Shown one piece after another: positions 19,837 through 29,243 of a DNA stretch of 64,000 nucleotides; positions within the stretch are counted from its first letter, which is position 1, and every line of letters begins with the position of its first letter. Source of the stretch: a virus; IMG/VR virus record IMGVR_UViG_3300003629_000001; one strand, given 5' to 3'. The notes under the pieces are model-generated. The model was given only the letters and a program-made list of their open reading frames with translations. It searched no databases and was not told where the DNA came from. A program made the translations under genes and the position numbers.

Positions 19837-20525
19837 GCGACGACGATTCGCTGTACGGGAATTTCGACCCCGGACGTGGGATTGGTAGTATCCCCACGAA
19901 AGAGGTGCTAATCTCGAACGACGAAGCGTTCAACATGAACGGGAGAGTTCCCCCGAGACAGAGTATCGGGTTCAACACCCAGCAGGTGACGGTTCCCGAC
20001 TTGGAACAACTCGGACTGGAAGATTTGGCTACCGAGTCCCTGCTGAAGAGCGCTACCCAGCGTCGTCGGGAGAAGATAGAACACAAGACGTGGGAAGCGC
20101 TCTTCGACGTGGCCGAGGCTTCGGAAAACAAGCAACTGGACGCCGCTGGCACTGGCTGTTTCGTGGATACGCTCATGGACGGGTGTAGACAGTTGCACGA
20201 ACAGGGTGGCGACCCCGAAGACGCCTACCTGTTCATGAATCAGAAAACGAAGGGTCATGTCCACGACTGGATTCAAGACGAAGTTCGTTTCAATAGCCCT
20301 ACTGGCGACGACGGTCAGTATGACCCAGCCACTATTCGGGTTAACGGAATCAAGTACCAGTGTCTCGTCTCGCCACACCCCGAACCCGACCAGTTGGTTA
20401 TGGTCTGTGATACGATGTACGCCGCACCCGAGTCCGTCCCGTGCGTCGTAATCGACAATCTCCCTATCGGGGTAGAGATTCGGATTGAGGTTGACGGTGA
20501 AGATAACAACATAGTGATAGACTAA
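19833..20525 (+). CDS. hypothetical protein, possibly a degenerate HK97-fold
   Basis: ATGA overlap; see the related finding. Confidence 0.55.
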   Translation: MSDDDSLYGNFDPGRGIGSIPTKEVLISNDEAFNMNGRVPPRQSIGFNTQQVTVPDLEQLGLEDLATESLLKSATQRRREKIEHKTWEALFDVAEASENKQLDAAGTGCFVDTLMDGCRQLHEQGGDPEDAYLFMNQKTKGHVHDWIQDEVRFNSPTGDDGQYDPATIRVNGIKYQCLVSPHPEPDQLVMVCDTMYAAPESVPCVVIDNLPIGVEIRIEVDGEDNNIVID

Positions 20526-21331
20526 TGCCTTGGAAAGACTACGACATTAGCGCGTCTCGAATCAAAAAGCACGCGTCCTGTCCCGAGAAGTACCGACTCC
20601 GCTACAAGGCGGACAAACAGCCGACGAAAATGCGACAGGGCTACGGTGAAATCGGTTCCCTCGTCCACGAAGCGATTGAAAACGTCCTGACCGAGCGCCC
20701 GGACGAAAAGAACCAGAGCGCCCTGACCAGCCGTCTCAAGCAAGAGTTCTACGAACTCGAAGACAGCGGCGAGTACGACATGGACTTGATAGACGACCGG
20801 CAACGGTCGGACGGACTGGACTGTCTCGAAATGGCCGCCAAGTGGCTGGCGAAGCCCGACAACGACGTAGAGTTCCGAGATATAGAGGCTGTCTGTCACT
20901 ACAATCTGGACGGTATTGACCGGACGGCTATCGGGTTCATGGACGTTGCCACGATGGACGGCATTTGGGACTGGAAGACCGGCACGATTCGGGGCGACGA
21001 AACCGAGCGTGACGAAATCATTCAGGGGGCCGTCTACATGGGCGGCTACCACAACGAGTACGGTGAACTCCCGAAGTACATCAAGTTCATCTATCTCAAA
21101 GAAGAGAAGGTTCGCACCGTCACGCCCGGCGAGGAAGCGTGGAACGAAATGCTGGGCTACGCCCGCGAACTCGTCAAGAGCGAACAGACGGACACCTATG
21201 AAGCCGACCCCGAGGAAGGAAAGTGCTACTTCTGTGGGTTTGAAATGTGGTGTTCGGAATCCGCTGTCTCGCCCGGTCAGATTCAAGCGGAAATTGACTC
21301 CGGTCAGACTGAAATGTGGGACGCAATCTGA
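20525..21331 (+). CDS. Cas4/RecB-family exonuclease with Fe-S cysteines
   Basis: SASRI..CP, GSLVHE, 'MD...DWKTG', Q...Y, CYFC...C. Confidence 0.85.
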   Translation: MPWKDYDISASRIKKHASCPEKYRLRYKADKQPTKMRQGYGEIGSLVHEAIENVLTERPDEKNQSALTSRLKQEFYELEDSGEYDMDLIDDRQRSDGLDCLEMAAKWLAKPDNDVEFRDIEAVCHYNLDGIDRTAIGFMDVATMDGIWDWKTGTIRGDETERDEIIQGAVYMGGYHNEYGELPKYIKFIYLKEEKVRTVTPGEEAWNEMLGYARELVKSEQTDTYEADPEEGKCYFCGFEMWCSESAVSPGQIQAEIDSGQTEMWDAI

Positions 21332-21332
21332 T

Positions 21333-21788
21333 ATGGATACTGAAGACAAATACCTCGAAACGGAGTTCTACGTGGTCATGGCTGGCGGAACGCCACCCCA
21401 TCACATTCAGGACTACCAAGACGAGCGGATAGCCGACCCTGACGACAGCACTGTCGGCGTAGACCGGAGCGGACTCCGCGACCACCGCGCGCTGAACGAA
21501 GATGTGCCTATCGACGGTCAAATCCGATTCTACTGGCCTGACCGGATGGAACCCGACTGTGAAGAGGGCTGGAAATCGTTCGAGTTCCCGTTCCGGTCGG
21601 TCGAAAAGGACGACGCGCCGTGGGCGGCGTACCCGGACAAGGAGAACTTCAGCCAGCACCCGGTGTGGGAGTGGCAAAACCCGAACGAAGACCCACATGA
21701 GAAACTGACGCTCAAGCCGAGTATCGGTGTGGGGTCGCCGCTGACGTTCCACTGCTTCGTTCGAGACGGCGAGGTGGAATGGATATAA
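21333..21788 (+). CDS. protein with DUF6527-like C-terminus
   Basis: 'WEW...LTLKPSI...FHCFVRDGEVEW'. Confidence 0.5.
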   Translation: MDTEDKYLETEFYVVMAGGTPPHHIQDYQDERIADPDDSTVGVDRSGLRDHRALNEDVPIDGQIRFYWPDRMEPDCEEGWKSFEFPFRSVEKDDAPWAAYPDKENFSQHPVWEWQNPNEDPHEKLTLKPSIGVGSPLTFHCFVRDGEVEWI

Positions 21789-22030
21789 TGGGCGACCCCG
21801 AGTCTCTGAAAGCCGAGAGCGATATTACTCACAGTAGGGGTAATAGACACGGCTGTCCTCAATGCGATTGGGACGGCGAAGTGGCTGTAACTCACGACTA
21901 CGACCACGTTTACTATACCCACGTAATCGTCCGCAACAGGGAGTTATTCGTCGGAAACAAGTGTTCTCGTCGGACGAAGGAACGGCGCGAAGGCCCCCTG
22001 ACTCGGTTGTTCCGACTGTTAGGATTATAG
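21788..22030 (+). CDS. small CxxC protein
   Basis: TAATG coupling; CPQC. Confidence 0.45.
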   Translation: MGDPESLKAESDITHSRGNRHGCPQCDWDGEVAVTHDYDHVYYTHVIVRNRELFVGNKCSRRTKERREGPLTRLFRLLGL

Positions 22031-22072
22031 GGCGATAGTTTTATAGGATTATGCGAAAGACTCTATAATGGA

Positions 22073-22261
22073 ATGTCCCAATCTGACGAGACTGACGAAC
22101 AGCCTATCAAGACGGTTGTTATTGATAACGGTCTTCACACTGCTGTCAAGCGTCTTTCTGACCTTGAAGATATGTCGATTCAGGACACGGTTGACGAAAT
22201 CATCCGGTCTGACGACGACATTCAGGAAGAACTTGACATTATCGAAGAGCGGCGTAACTGA
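22073..22261 (+). CDS. small RHH-like protein
   Basis: 'KTVVIDNGLHTAVKRLSDLEDMSIQDTVDEII'; upstream TTTTATA promoter. Confidence 0.5.
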   Translation: MSQSDETDEQPIKTVVIDNGLHTAVKRLSDLEDMSIQDTVDEIIRSDDDIQEELDIIEERRN

Positions 22262-22378
22262 CGGAGAGAGGCTTGGGACACCAACGGGACTGACGGGCGG
22301 TTTCACACAAGGTGATACTTTCGACGTAAGCACACACGCGACCGAGAACCGAGCGCTGACCGAGACGCCCCTGAACCA

Positions 22379-25303
22379 ATGAGTATGACACTAATCCGCG
22401 TTACCGACCTGATATACCGCGACTCCGACGAACACGGAGTGCTGGTAATCGTATCTGGTCGGGCGCGAAACGAGAACCCCGACGAACAGGACAAGCGGGT
22501 CGCGTGCCACATTACGGGTACGACTCCCTACGCCTTCGTCCCCGACCACGACAACGTGGAACTGGATATAGGCGGTCACGTAGACCTAACGAACGAGATA
22601 CCCGACGAAGACTGGGTGACGCACGTCGAACCCGGTTATCAGGGCTACGACGGCGTGCCGCTCCGACGTGTAGAGGTAGCCGAACCCGGCAACGTCAACG
22701 ACCTGAAAGAACACTTCGACGTTGTGTATGAGGCTGACGTTCCCTACGTTCGCCGCTCGTCAATCGACTACGGACTCTCTGGTTACATCCGTGTCCCCAG
22801 CGAGAAAGTGAGCGAGGTTGGCGGGAGTGAGATTCGGGAGTCGGACGCCGTGACGGTAGACGTGGACGAACTCGAAACCGAAATCGACAGCGGAGAACTC
22901 GAAGAGCAAATCGAACCCCGAGTTCTCATGGCTGACATTGAGGTGATTCCGCCGGGCGAAGGGGGGTCGTTCGAGACGTTCACCGAGAAGGCCGAGAAGG
23001 CGGTCACGGCGATTACGACCTACGACACCTACGCCGAGGAATATATCGCGTTCGTGCTTGACCCCGAAGACGTGGTGGAAGGCCACCGCGTCAAACAGCA
23101 CCTCGCTGACCATTGGGACGACGACGAAATCGGCCACGGTGCGAACTACGAGAAGTACGTCGGTCAGGCTGACATTAGGCTTATCAAGAGTACGACAGAG
23201 AAAGATATGCTCTTGTCGTTCATTGACGAGGTGGAAGAATACCGTCCAGACCTTTTGAGCGGCTGGAATTGGGTAGATTTCGACCACGAATACCTACTCA
23301 ATCGGTTCCGCAATCACTTCGACGGTATCAATGAGCATAGACTGTCTGACATAGGTACTGTCAGCGGCTTCAAGACCAGCGAGAAAATCGACGGCCTCCC
23401 CGGCTTCGACATGATGGACGCGTTCTGTGAGAAAATGACGTTCTCACAGTGGCGCTCGAAGAGCCTTGACTACGTGTCCAAGGAAGAGTTGAACACGGGG
23501 AAGGTGGCGGACGTGTCTATCGGGGAAGCCTACCAGAACGACCGCAATCGCTTCCTCGCGTACAACATAATCGACACGCAACTGCTGGTCGGCATGGACG
23601 AGAAGCACGGGATTCATGAGTTCTTCTACGAACTCGCTGACCTGTCGTCCATCCAGATTTACGACACGTTCTCGGAAATGCGTCTCGTTGACGGCTTCCT
23701 CATGGCCCACCGAGACGACGACGAGATACTTCCCACCCAGTCCAAGAAGGACTTGGAAAGTATTCCCGGTGGGCTGGTTCTCTCCCCGAGTGACGGCGTG
23801 GAAGAGTGGGTCGCGGTGCTTGACCTGAAGAGCCTGTACCCGTCCATCTTCATTACGCTGAACGTTTCGGAAGAGACGCTGACGAAGAACCCCGAGTACG
23901 CCGACTTGGTGTGTCCCGATATGCCAGCCAGCGAAGACGACGTTGGTGGCAAAATCGAAGACCACCACATCAAGTGGGACGTGGAAGAGGGCGCTGTCGG
24001 TATGCGTACTGACGAAGTGGGTGTAGGCGAAGGCGTTCTCCCGAAGTACCTCGCTCTGCTGTTCGAGGAACGTGCTGATAAGAAGGAGATTCGGAACCAG
24101 TACGAACACGGCGACCCGCGCTACACGGTTTGGGACAACAAGCAGAACGCGGTGAAGGTTATCATGAACTCGTTCTACGGAGTGTCACAAAACAAATACT
24201 ACCGCCTGTCTACGCCCATTCAGGGGAGTCAGGGTATCGGTAGTACGATTACCGCTGGCGGACGGTACACTCTGTGGCGAGGGGCCGAAATCGCGGAGAA
24301 GATGGGCTATACTGTCAAATATGGAGATACTGACAGTATTATGATAAGTCTTGCTGACGCCGACGAAGACGTGACCGCACGGGAAGTAGTCGAACGTGGC
24401 AAGGAAGTGGAAGAAGAAATCAACGCGGCTATGGACGACGTAGCCGACGAGTTCGGAGTCCCCGAGGAACACCCGTTCCTGAAGGACAAAGACCTACACG
24501 GGACTGACCGCCACTGTCTTCACTGGGAGTTCGAGAAACTGTATCGCCGCTTCCTACAGACCGGCAAGAAAAAGCGTTATGCTGGAAACAAAGCGTGGGA
24601 AGAGGGTGAGTGGCTTATCGACCCCGACGCCGTTGACCCCGATTTCCCGAAGCCGGACATTACCGGACTCGAAGCCAATCGGGCCGACGTACCGCCCATT
24701 ACCGCCGAGACGCAACGTCGGGTAATCAAAATGGTACTCGCCGGTGCGGAGTTCGAGGAAGTGAGCGACTACCTCTCCGGTATCGTTCAGACGGTGAAGC
24801 ACAACGAGAAGGAACTGTCGGAACTCGGGACGCCGGGCGTAATCAACAAACCGCTCGAAGAGTACCCGAACCGTCCGACGAAGCGGGCGTGTCTCTACAG
24901 CAACGACCACCTCGGGTACTCGTTCCGCGAGGGCGACGACCCGTGGATATACAAGATTCAGGACACTCCGGCCATGAAGCCCGCGACTGACGTGATAGCC
25001 CTCGAATGGTCGGACGAGGAACTACCCGACGGATACGGACTGGATATTGAGGGTATCATCGAAAAGAAGATTCAAGACCCAATCGACCCCGTGGTTCCGT
25101 GGTCGTTCGAGGAACTTCGGTCGGGCCGTCAGGTCGAAGCAATCGACTTGGGTGGCGGCGGCGATTCAAGCGACAATCCGTTCGCTTCCGCTTCCACCAG
25201 TAACGACGACGCTGATACCGATACTGACGACACCGAGGAAGAGTCCGAAGAGGAAGAAGAGAGCGACGACGAGGAAGCCACGAACAACCCCTTAGAATGG
25301 TAG
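22379..25303 (+). CDS. polB: family B DNA polymerase
   Basis: Exo motifs DIE, GWN..FD, YN..D; polymerase motifs DLKSLYPS, K..MNSFYG, YGDTDS, KKRYAG; no intein seen. Confidence 0.97.
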   Translation: MSMTLIRVTDLIYRDSDEHGVLVIVSGRARNENPDEQDKRVACHITGTTPYAFVPDHDNVELDIGGHVDLTNEIPDEDWVTHVEPGYQGYDGVPLRRVEVAEPGNVNDLKEHFDVVYEADVPYVRRSSIDYGLSGYIRVPSEKVSEVGGSEIRESDAVTVDVDELETEIDSGELEEQIEPRVLMADIEVIPPGEGGSFETFTEKAEKAVTAITTYDTYAEEYIAFVLDPEDVVEGHRVKQHLADHWDDDEIGHGANYEKYVGQADIRLIKSTTEKDMLLSFIDEVEEYRPDLLSGWNWVDFDHEYLLNRFRNHFDGINEHRLSDIGTVSGFKTSEKIDGLPGFDMMDAFCEKMTFSQWRSKSLDYVSKEELNTGKVADVSIGEAYQNDRNRFLAYNIIDTQLLVGMDEKHGIHEFFYELADLSSIQIYDTFSEMRLVDGFLMAHRDDDEILPTQSKKDLESIPGGLVLSPSDGVEEWVAVLDLKSLYPSIFITLNVSEETLTKNPEYADLVCPDMPASEDDVGGKIEDHHIKWDVEEGAVGMRTDEVGVGEGVLPKYLALLFEERADKKEIRNQYEHGDPRYTVWDNKQNAVKVIMNSFYGVSQNKYYRLSTPIQGSQGIGSTITAGGRYTLWRGAEIAEKMGYTVKYGDTDSIMISLADADEDVTAREVVERGKEVEEEINAAMDDVADEFGVPEEHPFLKDKDLHGTDRHCLHWEFEKLYRRFLQTGKKKRYAGNKAWEEGEWLIDPDAVDPDFPKPDITGLEANRADVPPITAETQRRVIKMVLAGAEFEEVSDYLSGIVQTVKHNEKELSELGTPGVINKPLEEYPNRPTKRACLYSNDHLGYSFREGDDPWIYKIQDTPAMKPATDVIALEWSDEELPDGYGLDIEGIIEKKIQDPIDPVVPWSFEELRSGRQVEAIDLGGGGDSSDNPFASASTSNDDADTDTDDTEEESEEEEESDDEEATNNPLEW

Positions 25304-25497
25304 AATTTCAAGAAAAAGCCGAAGCAATGGTCGGCAAAGTCGGAGAGGGAGAACCGCCCGGTAGTGACGAGACTTGCACGCTGTACGTCAAAGGCTGGTG
25401 TGGCGGTGGCAAAATCATGGTCACGACCAGTGGTACGAAGTACGCGTGGGAAATGGACGCTGAAGACCTTCGGAACGTCAGAGAGCCAAAACTATGA
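25297..25497 (+). CDS. hypothetical protein
   Basis: overlaps the polB stop and the next start. Confidence 0.5.
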   Translation: MVEFQEKAEAMVGKVGEGEPPGSDETCTLYVKGWCGGGKIMVTTSGTKYAWEMDAEDLRNVREPKL

Positions 25498-25787
25498 GCG
25501 ACGACAAGAACATTCTCGAACAGGCGAACGACACGGTTGCACAGCGGGCTGAAGAGTATGGCCCACCGGACGAGAACTTCCAGAAAGCCGCTGACCTGTG
25601 GTCAGCCTATCTCGGTGTGCCTATCTCGAAGTACGACTACGCTCAAATGATGTTGCTCGCCAAGGTTGCACGGACGAAAACCGGCGACCCCGGAGAAGAC
25701 GAAGAACTGGACAAGGTGGGGTACGCGTTCACTGGCGACCTTGTTCGGCGGAGCATGATGGAAGACGGGGTGTGGAATGACGAGTAA
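25494..25787 (+). CDS. DUF6378-like (all-alpha nucleotide hydrolase-related) protein
   Basis: 'R..EYG....NF..AA.LWSAYL...M...K.AR....D..GY'. Confidence 0.7.
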   Translation: MSDDKNILEQANDTVAQRAEEYGPPDENFQKAADLWSAYLGVPISKYDYAQMMLLAKVARTKTGDPGEDEELDKVGYAFTGDLVRRSMMEDGVWNDE

Positions 25788-26343
25788 GGTTGCTGTCGAT
25801 ATGGACAGCACTCTCGCCGCAACGTGGGAAATGGCCTTCGAGTTGCTGGAAGGCCCCGACCATGACAAGTCCTACGACGACTTAGCATATTGGGACTGGG
25901 GAGTTGACGAATACGGACACCCCCGGTTCCTGAACGCTCTGTGGGGCGCGTGGACGATTCGAGGGGCCGACATACCCCCGATGGAAAGTGGCCTCTCGAA
26001 CGTCATTACGCGTCTGAACGAGGAACATGAGGTACACGTTGTTACCGCCCACCCGAATCGTCTCGGCCTTGACGAAGCCAAAGAAGAGTGGTTGGACGCG
26101 CAAGAGATTCCCTACGACAACTTCGTCTCACTCCCACCTCGGTTTAGCAAGGGGAAGTTCGAGCAATATCGGTGGTACATAGACGACAACCCCGGATTCG
26201 TAGACGAAGTGCCGGAACACGCTACGCTGTACTTGAGGAATCAGCGCTACAATAGGCATATCGACACAGACTCGTATGTTAGCGTGGAACGCGTAAGAAC
26301 TGTAGCCGAGGGCGTGAATAGGATTCTTAATGACACTCAATGA
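25777..26343 (+). CDS. HAD 5'(3')-deoxyribonucleotidase
   Basis: DMDSTL, VTA, K..WL, YIDD, YN motifs. Confidence 0.8.
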   Translation: MTSKVAVDMDSTLAATWEMAFELLEGPDHDKSYDDLAYWDWGVDEYGHPRFLNALWGAWTIRGADIPPMESGLSNVITRLNEEHEVHVVTAHPNRLGLDEAKEEWLDAQEIPYDNFVSLPPRFSKGKFEQYRWYIDDNPGFVDEVPEHATLYLRNQRYNRHIDTDSYVSVERVRTVAEGVNRILNDTQ

Positions 26344-26461
26344 GTGTACGTGTGAGAATCCAGAGATAGAAGAGCGAGAAATGCTGTCCAGTGCGATTGA
26401 AAAGATAATCAAGTGCGTGTCGTGCGGCGCGTCGAAAATCGAATGGAAACAAGTCCCATGA
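26330..26461 (+). CDS. 43-aa Zn-finger microprotein
   Basis: MTLNECTC...CVSCG; its stop overlaps the tmk ATG. Confidence 0.45.
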   Translation: MTLNECTCENPEIEEREMLSSAIEKIIKCVSCGASKIEWKQVP

Positions 26462-27066
26462 CAGATTCAAACGGAACCTTCGTCACACTCGAAGGTATCG
26501 ACGGTAGCGGGAAGACCAGTGCGGCAAAAGTGATTCAGGAAGAGTACAAGGCAACGGTTCAGACGCAAGAGCCGAGCGACCTGTGGACTGGCAAGCAGGT
26601 CAGGCGGGCTATCAGTAACGACGAAGCCGACGTACACCCACTCACGACGTTCTTCCTGTTCATGGCGGATAGGAACCACCACATCAACGAACGTATTCAG
26701 GACGCACTTGACGACGATATGCTGGTGGTCAGTGACCGGTATTCCGACAGCACGTTGGCGTATCAGCCGGTCGCCCTTGAAGACCACCTCGAAGACGCTC
26801 CGACGTTTATGCGCGACGTTATGGCGGAATGGAACCTCGAACCTGACCTGACTATCTATCTGGACGTATCCGTTGATACGGCTATCGAGCGTTCTGTTGG
26901 TGACGAGGAATACGAGAACCGCGAGTTTCTTGAGGGTGTCAAGGCCAACTACGACGAGATTCGTGACGAGTTCGACCACCGGTACGTCACACTGAACGCC
27001 GAGAAACCGATTGACCACGTTCAGAAAGAAGTGCTACAGATAGTCGAAGCCTACTACGATAACTAA
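26458..27066 (+). CDS. tmk: thymidylate kinase
   Basis: EGIDGSGKTS, QEP, 'FMADR', 'SDRY..ST.AYQ', PDLTIYLD. Confidence 0.93.
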   Translation: MTDSNGTFVTLEGIDGSGKTSAAKVIQEEYKATVQTQEPSDLWTGKQVRRAISNDEADVHPLTTFFLFMADRNHHINERIQDALDDDMLVVSDRYSDSTLAYQPVALEDHLEDAPTFMRDVMAEWNLEPDLTIYLDVSVDTAIERSVGDEEYENREFLEGVKANYDEIRDEFDHRYVTLNAEKPIDHVQKEVLQIVEAYYDN

Positions 27067-27068
27067 CC

Positions 27069-27383
27069 ATGCCTGAACCACAGAGAATTGCTGTCGATTT
27101 CGACAAGACGCTCACTGACCCGGACGGCGGGACGTACTTCACAGACGAACCGACGCTCCCGAACAACAACATGATAATGTGGGTCAACGAGCGTTACAAG
27201 GAAGGTCACACTATCATTATCCATACCGCTCGCCCGTGGTCGGAAGCCATGAAGACAGTCGGGAAACTGACCGAGTGGGGCGTCCGCTGGCACGGGATTC
27301 GGATGGATAAAGGGGCCGCTGACGTGTACGTTGACGACAAAGCGCTACAGCCTGAAGAAGCCCGGAGTGATAATCATGTCTGA
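27069..27383 (+). CDS. small HAD-family phosphatase
   Basis: DFDKTL, HTAR, K..ADVYVDDKA. Confidence 0.75.
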   Translation: MPEPQRIAVDFDKTLTDPDGGTYFTDEPTLPNNNMIMWVNERYKEGHTIIIHTARPWSEAMKTVGKLTEWGVRWHGIRMDKGAADVYVDDKALQPEEARSDNHV

Positions 27384-27579
27384 ATGTCCAAACTGTAAGT
27401 CTGAACAGATTCGAGAGCGAGGGGCTAATCTCCTTCGTAACGTCAAGCGCCGCGAGCGGGGAGAGAAATTAGACCCGTTCGTGTGTGACGCCTGTGAGTG
27501 GTCGGGAACCGAGGAAATGCTGGTCATGGACGAAGACGACGAAGTTCAGGTTGATACACTGAACCCGATGGAATACTAA
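27376..27579 (+). CDS. Zn-ribbon protein ending NPMEY
   Basis: CPNC...CDAC, acidic linker, C-terminal motif. Confidence 0.6.
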   Translation: MSECPNCKSEQIRERGANLLRNVKRRERGEKLDPFVCDACEWSGTEEMLVMDEDDEVQVDTLNPMEY

Positions 27580-28644
27580 TGGATAGGTCAAGCGACGGCG
27601 ACCCGAACGGAAATCCTCGCATTACAGGCGGGAGTCATCCGAAGTGCGAGGAATGCGGGTCGAAAATAGTTCCACACTTCACGTCGTTCGGTTTCTGGTA
27701 TCACTGTAAAAACTGTGGTCACAATGGCGGCGACGGTTCAGTCGAACAGGTGGCCGAGTTATGAGTCACCGTCAGCACCCCAGTTGGATTGTTCGTCACA
27801 CACTCTTCGTCGCGTGTACGATTATCGTGACGTTCCTGCTACTGGGTTTCGCAATCATACACTTCGCATGAAAGAGAAAATGGAAGCGTACCTCGACCCG
27901 TTCGACGGTGACGGCATACTTCACAATAGGGATAATATGGACGAAGACGACGAAACAGAGTACGAATGTAGCGAGTGCGGGGCGGATTGGGAAGGAGAAT
28001 CGTGCTTCGGGTACGTCAACCCGGTTTGTAGCGAATGCGGAACCGTAGCGCCACAGGCGAAGGTAGAGAAATGATAGAACCGATTTACCAGAACTATCAG
28101 GTCGAACACAACAACGAGGAAGAGGGAATGGCAATGCAAATGTACCAAGACGAAACTGTTCTTGGCGGGTTTCGGATAGTCAAATGAGAGCCAAAGTCCG
28201 GTGTGGCGCTCCGAAAGCGCGTGGTCATGAAGGAGTATGTGACCGTCTCGCCGCTACTCCGTACTGTCCCGAGCATATGTTCTACGCCGACGAGGGTGGA
28301 TTGTTCAAGGTCGTTCTCGAAGACGACCGGGTGCTGGTCGTTCGCGCCCGAAGACTCGGTGACGTGTGCGATTTCATCAAACCCGGAGTAGAGATAGAGA
28401 GGGTAATCTAATGCCAGCCGACCCCAGCAACATCAAAGAACGACTTGTAATCAGCGACGACTATCAGGACGATAAAGTGTGGATTGAGTTCTACACCAAT
28501 ACTTCAGTAGCGATTGGCCGTGGCGAGGAAGGGCCAAATCAAGACCGTGTGTGGTTGGACGGGAAAGAGAAGCATGGCATATTTGAGGCGCTGTCTGACC
28601 ACCTCGGAGAGGTAGAAGAGATAACTGTCGAAATAACGAAATGA
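27579..28644 (+). other. cluster of small coupled ORFs, several with CxxC Zn fingers (27579-27764, ~27937-28074, 28184-28411, 28411-28644)
   Basis: overlapping start/stop codons and CxxC pairs. Confidence 0.5.
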
Positions 28645-28803
28645 CCGTCGAACCTGTTTGGGTGGAAAAGCATGGTGAGCGGTTTCATCCTCGCATTGGT
28701 GGTGGTTGTAGACAGAAAACACGAAGATTGGTGCTTCGGGGATTTCAAGTTCAAAGATGAACCCACCCAGCGGCTTTTGTTTGTCTGATAGGGATAATAC
28801 TGT

Positions 28804-29187
28804 ATGGACTTTCCAAACGAAGACGAACCTGACGGCGACCGCTTTCTCCCACACCACTATCTACATGGGGCTTGGGCGCTCTTGCTGATAGCCCTGATTC
28901 ACGACGCGACATTCGTTTTGGTTCCGATATTCCTGTCGCTCTTCGGCTGGTATCACGTATGGTTCCACTACCACGCGTTCGGGGCCAGCCTGACGCTGAT
29001 AGGCTTGAGCGCCGCGCTGGGTGGGGCAATCATGAGTCCCGCACTTTCACCCACAATGAAGTTTTTCGCTACTGTGGCCTTCCTGTGGGCGCTTGACGAC
29101 GCCTACGAACACGCGACCGGAGTATGGACGCCATTGGACTGGCTCTGGAACAACCACCTTCGGAAGTACGTCAAACGGCTGGATTAA
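28804..29187 (+). CDS. small integral membrane protein
   Basis: 3-4 hydrophobic segments; HHYLHG and DD..EH motifs. Confidence 0.6.
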   Translation: MDFPNEDEPDGDRFLPHHYLHGAWALLLIALIHDATFVLVPIFLSLFGWYHVWFHYHAFGASLTLIGLSAALGGAIMSPALSPTMKFFATVAFLWALDDAYEHATGVWTPLDWLWNNHLRKYVKRLD

Positions 29188-29243
29188 TCCCCTTCAAGAA
29201 GTTTTATAATCCTATAGACTGAAGCGTAGGTAGAGGGATAGAA

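Noticed and set aside
20525-21331. CRISPR-Cas system
   Set aside because: Solo Cas4-like nuclease with no other cas genes or array; common in archaeal viruses
22379-25303. Intein in PolB, RFC or RtcB
   Set aside because: Catalytic motifs are contiguous, with no C/S...HN splice junctions or LAGLIDADG insert
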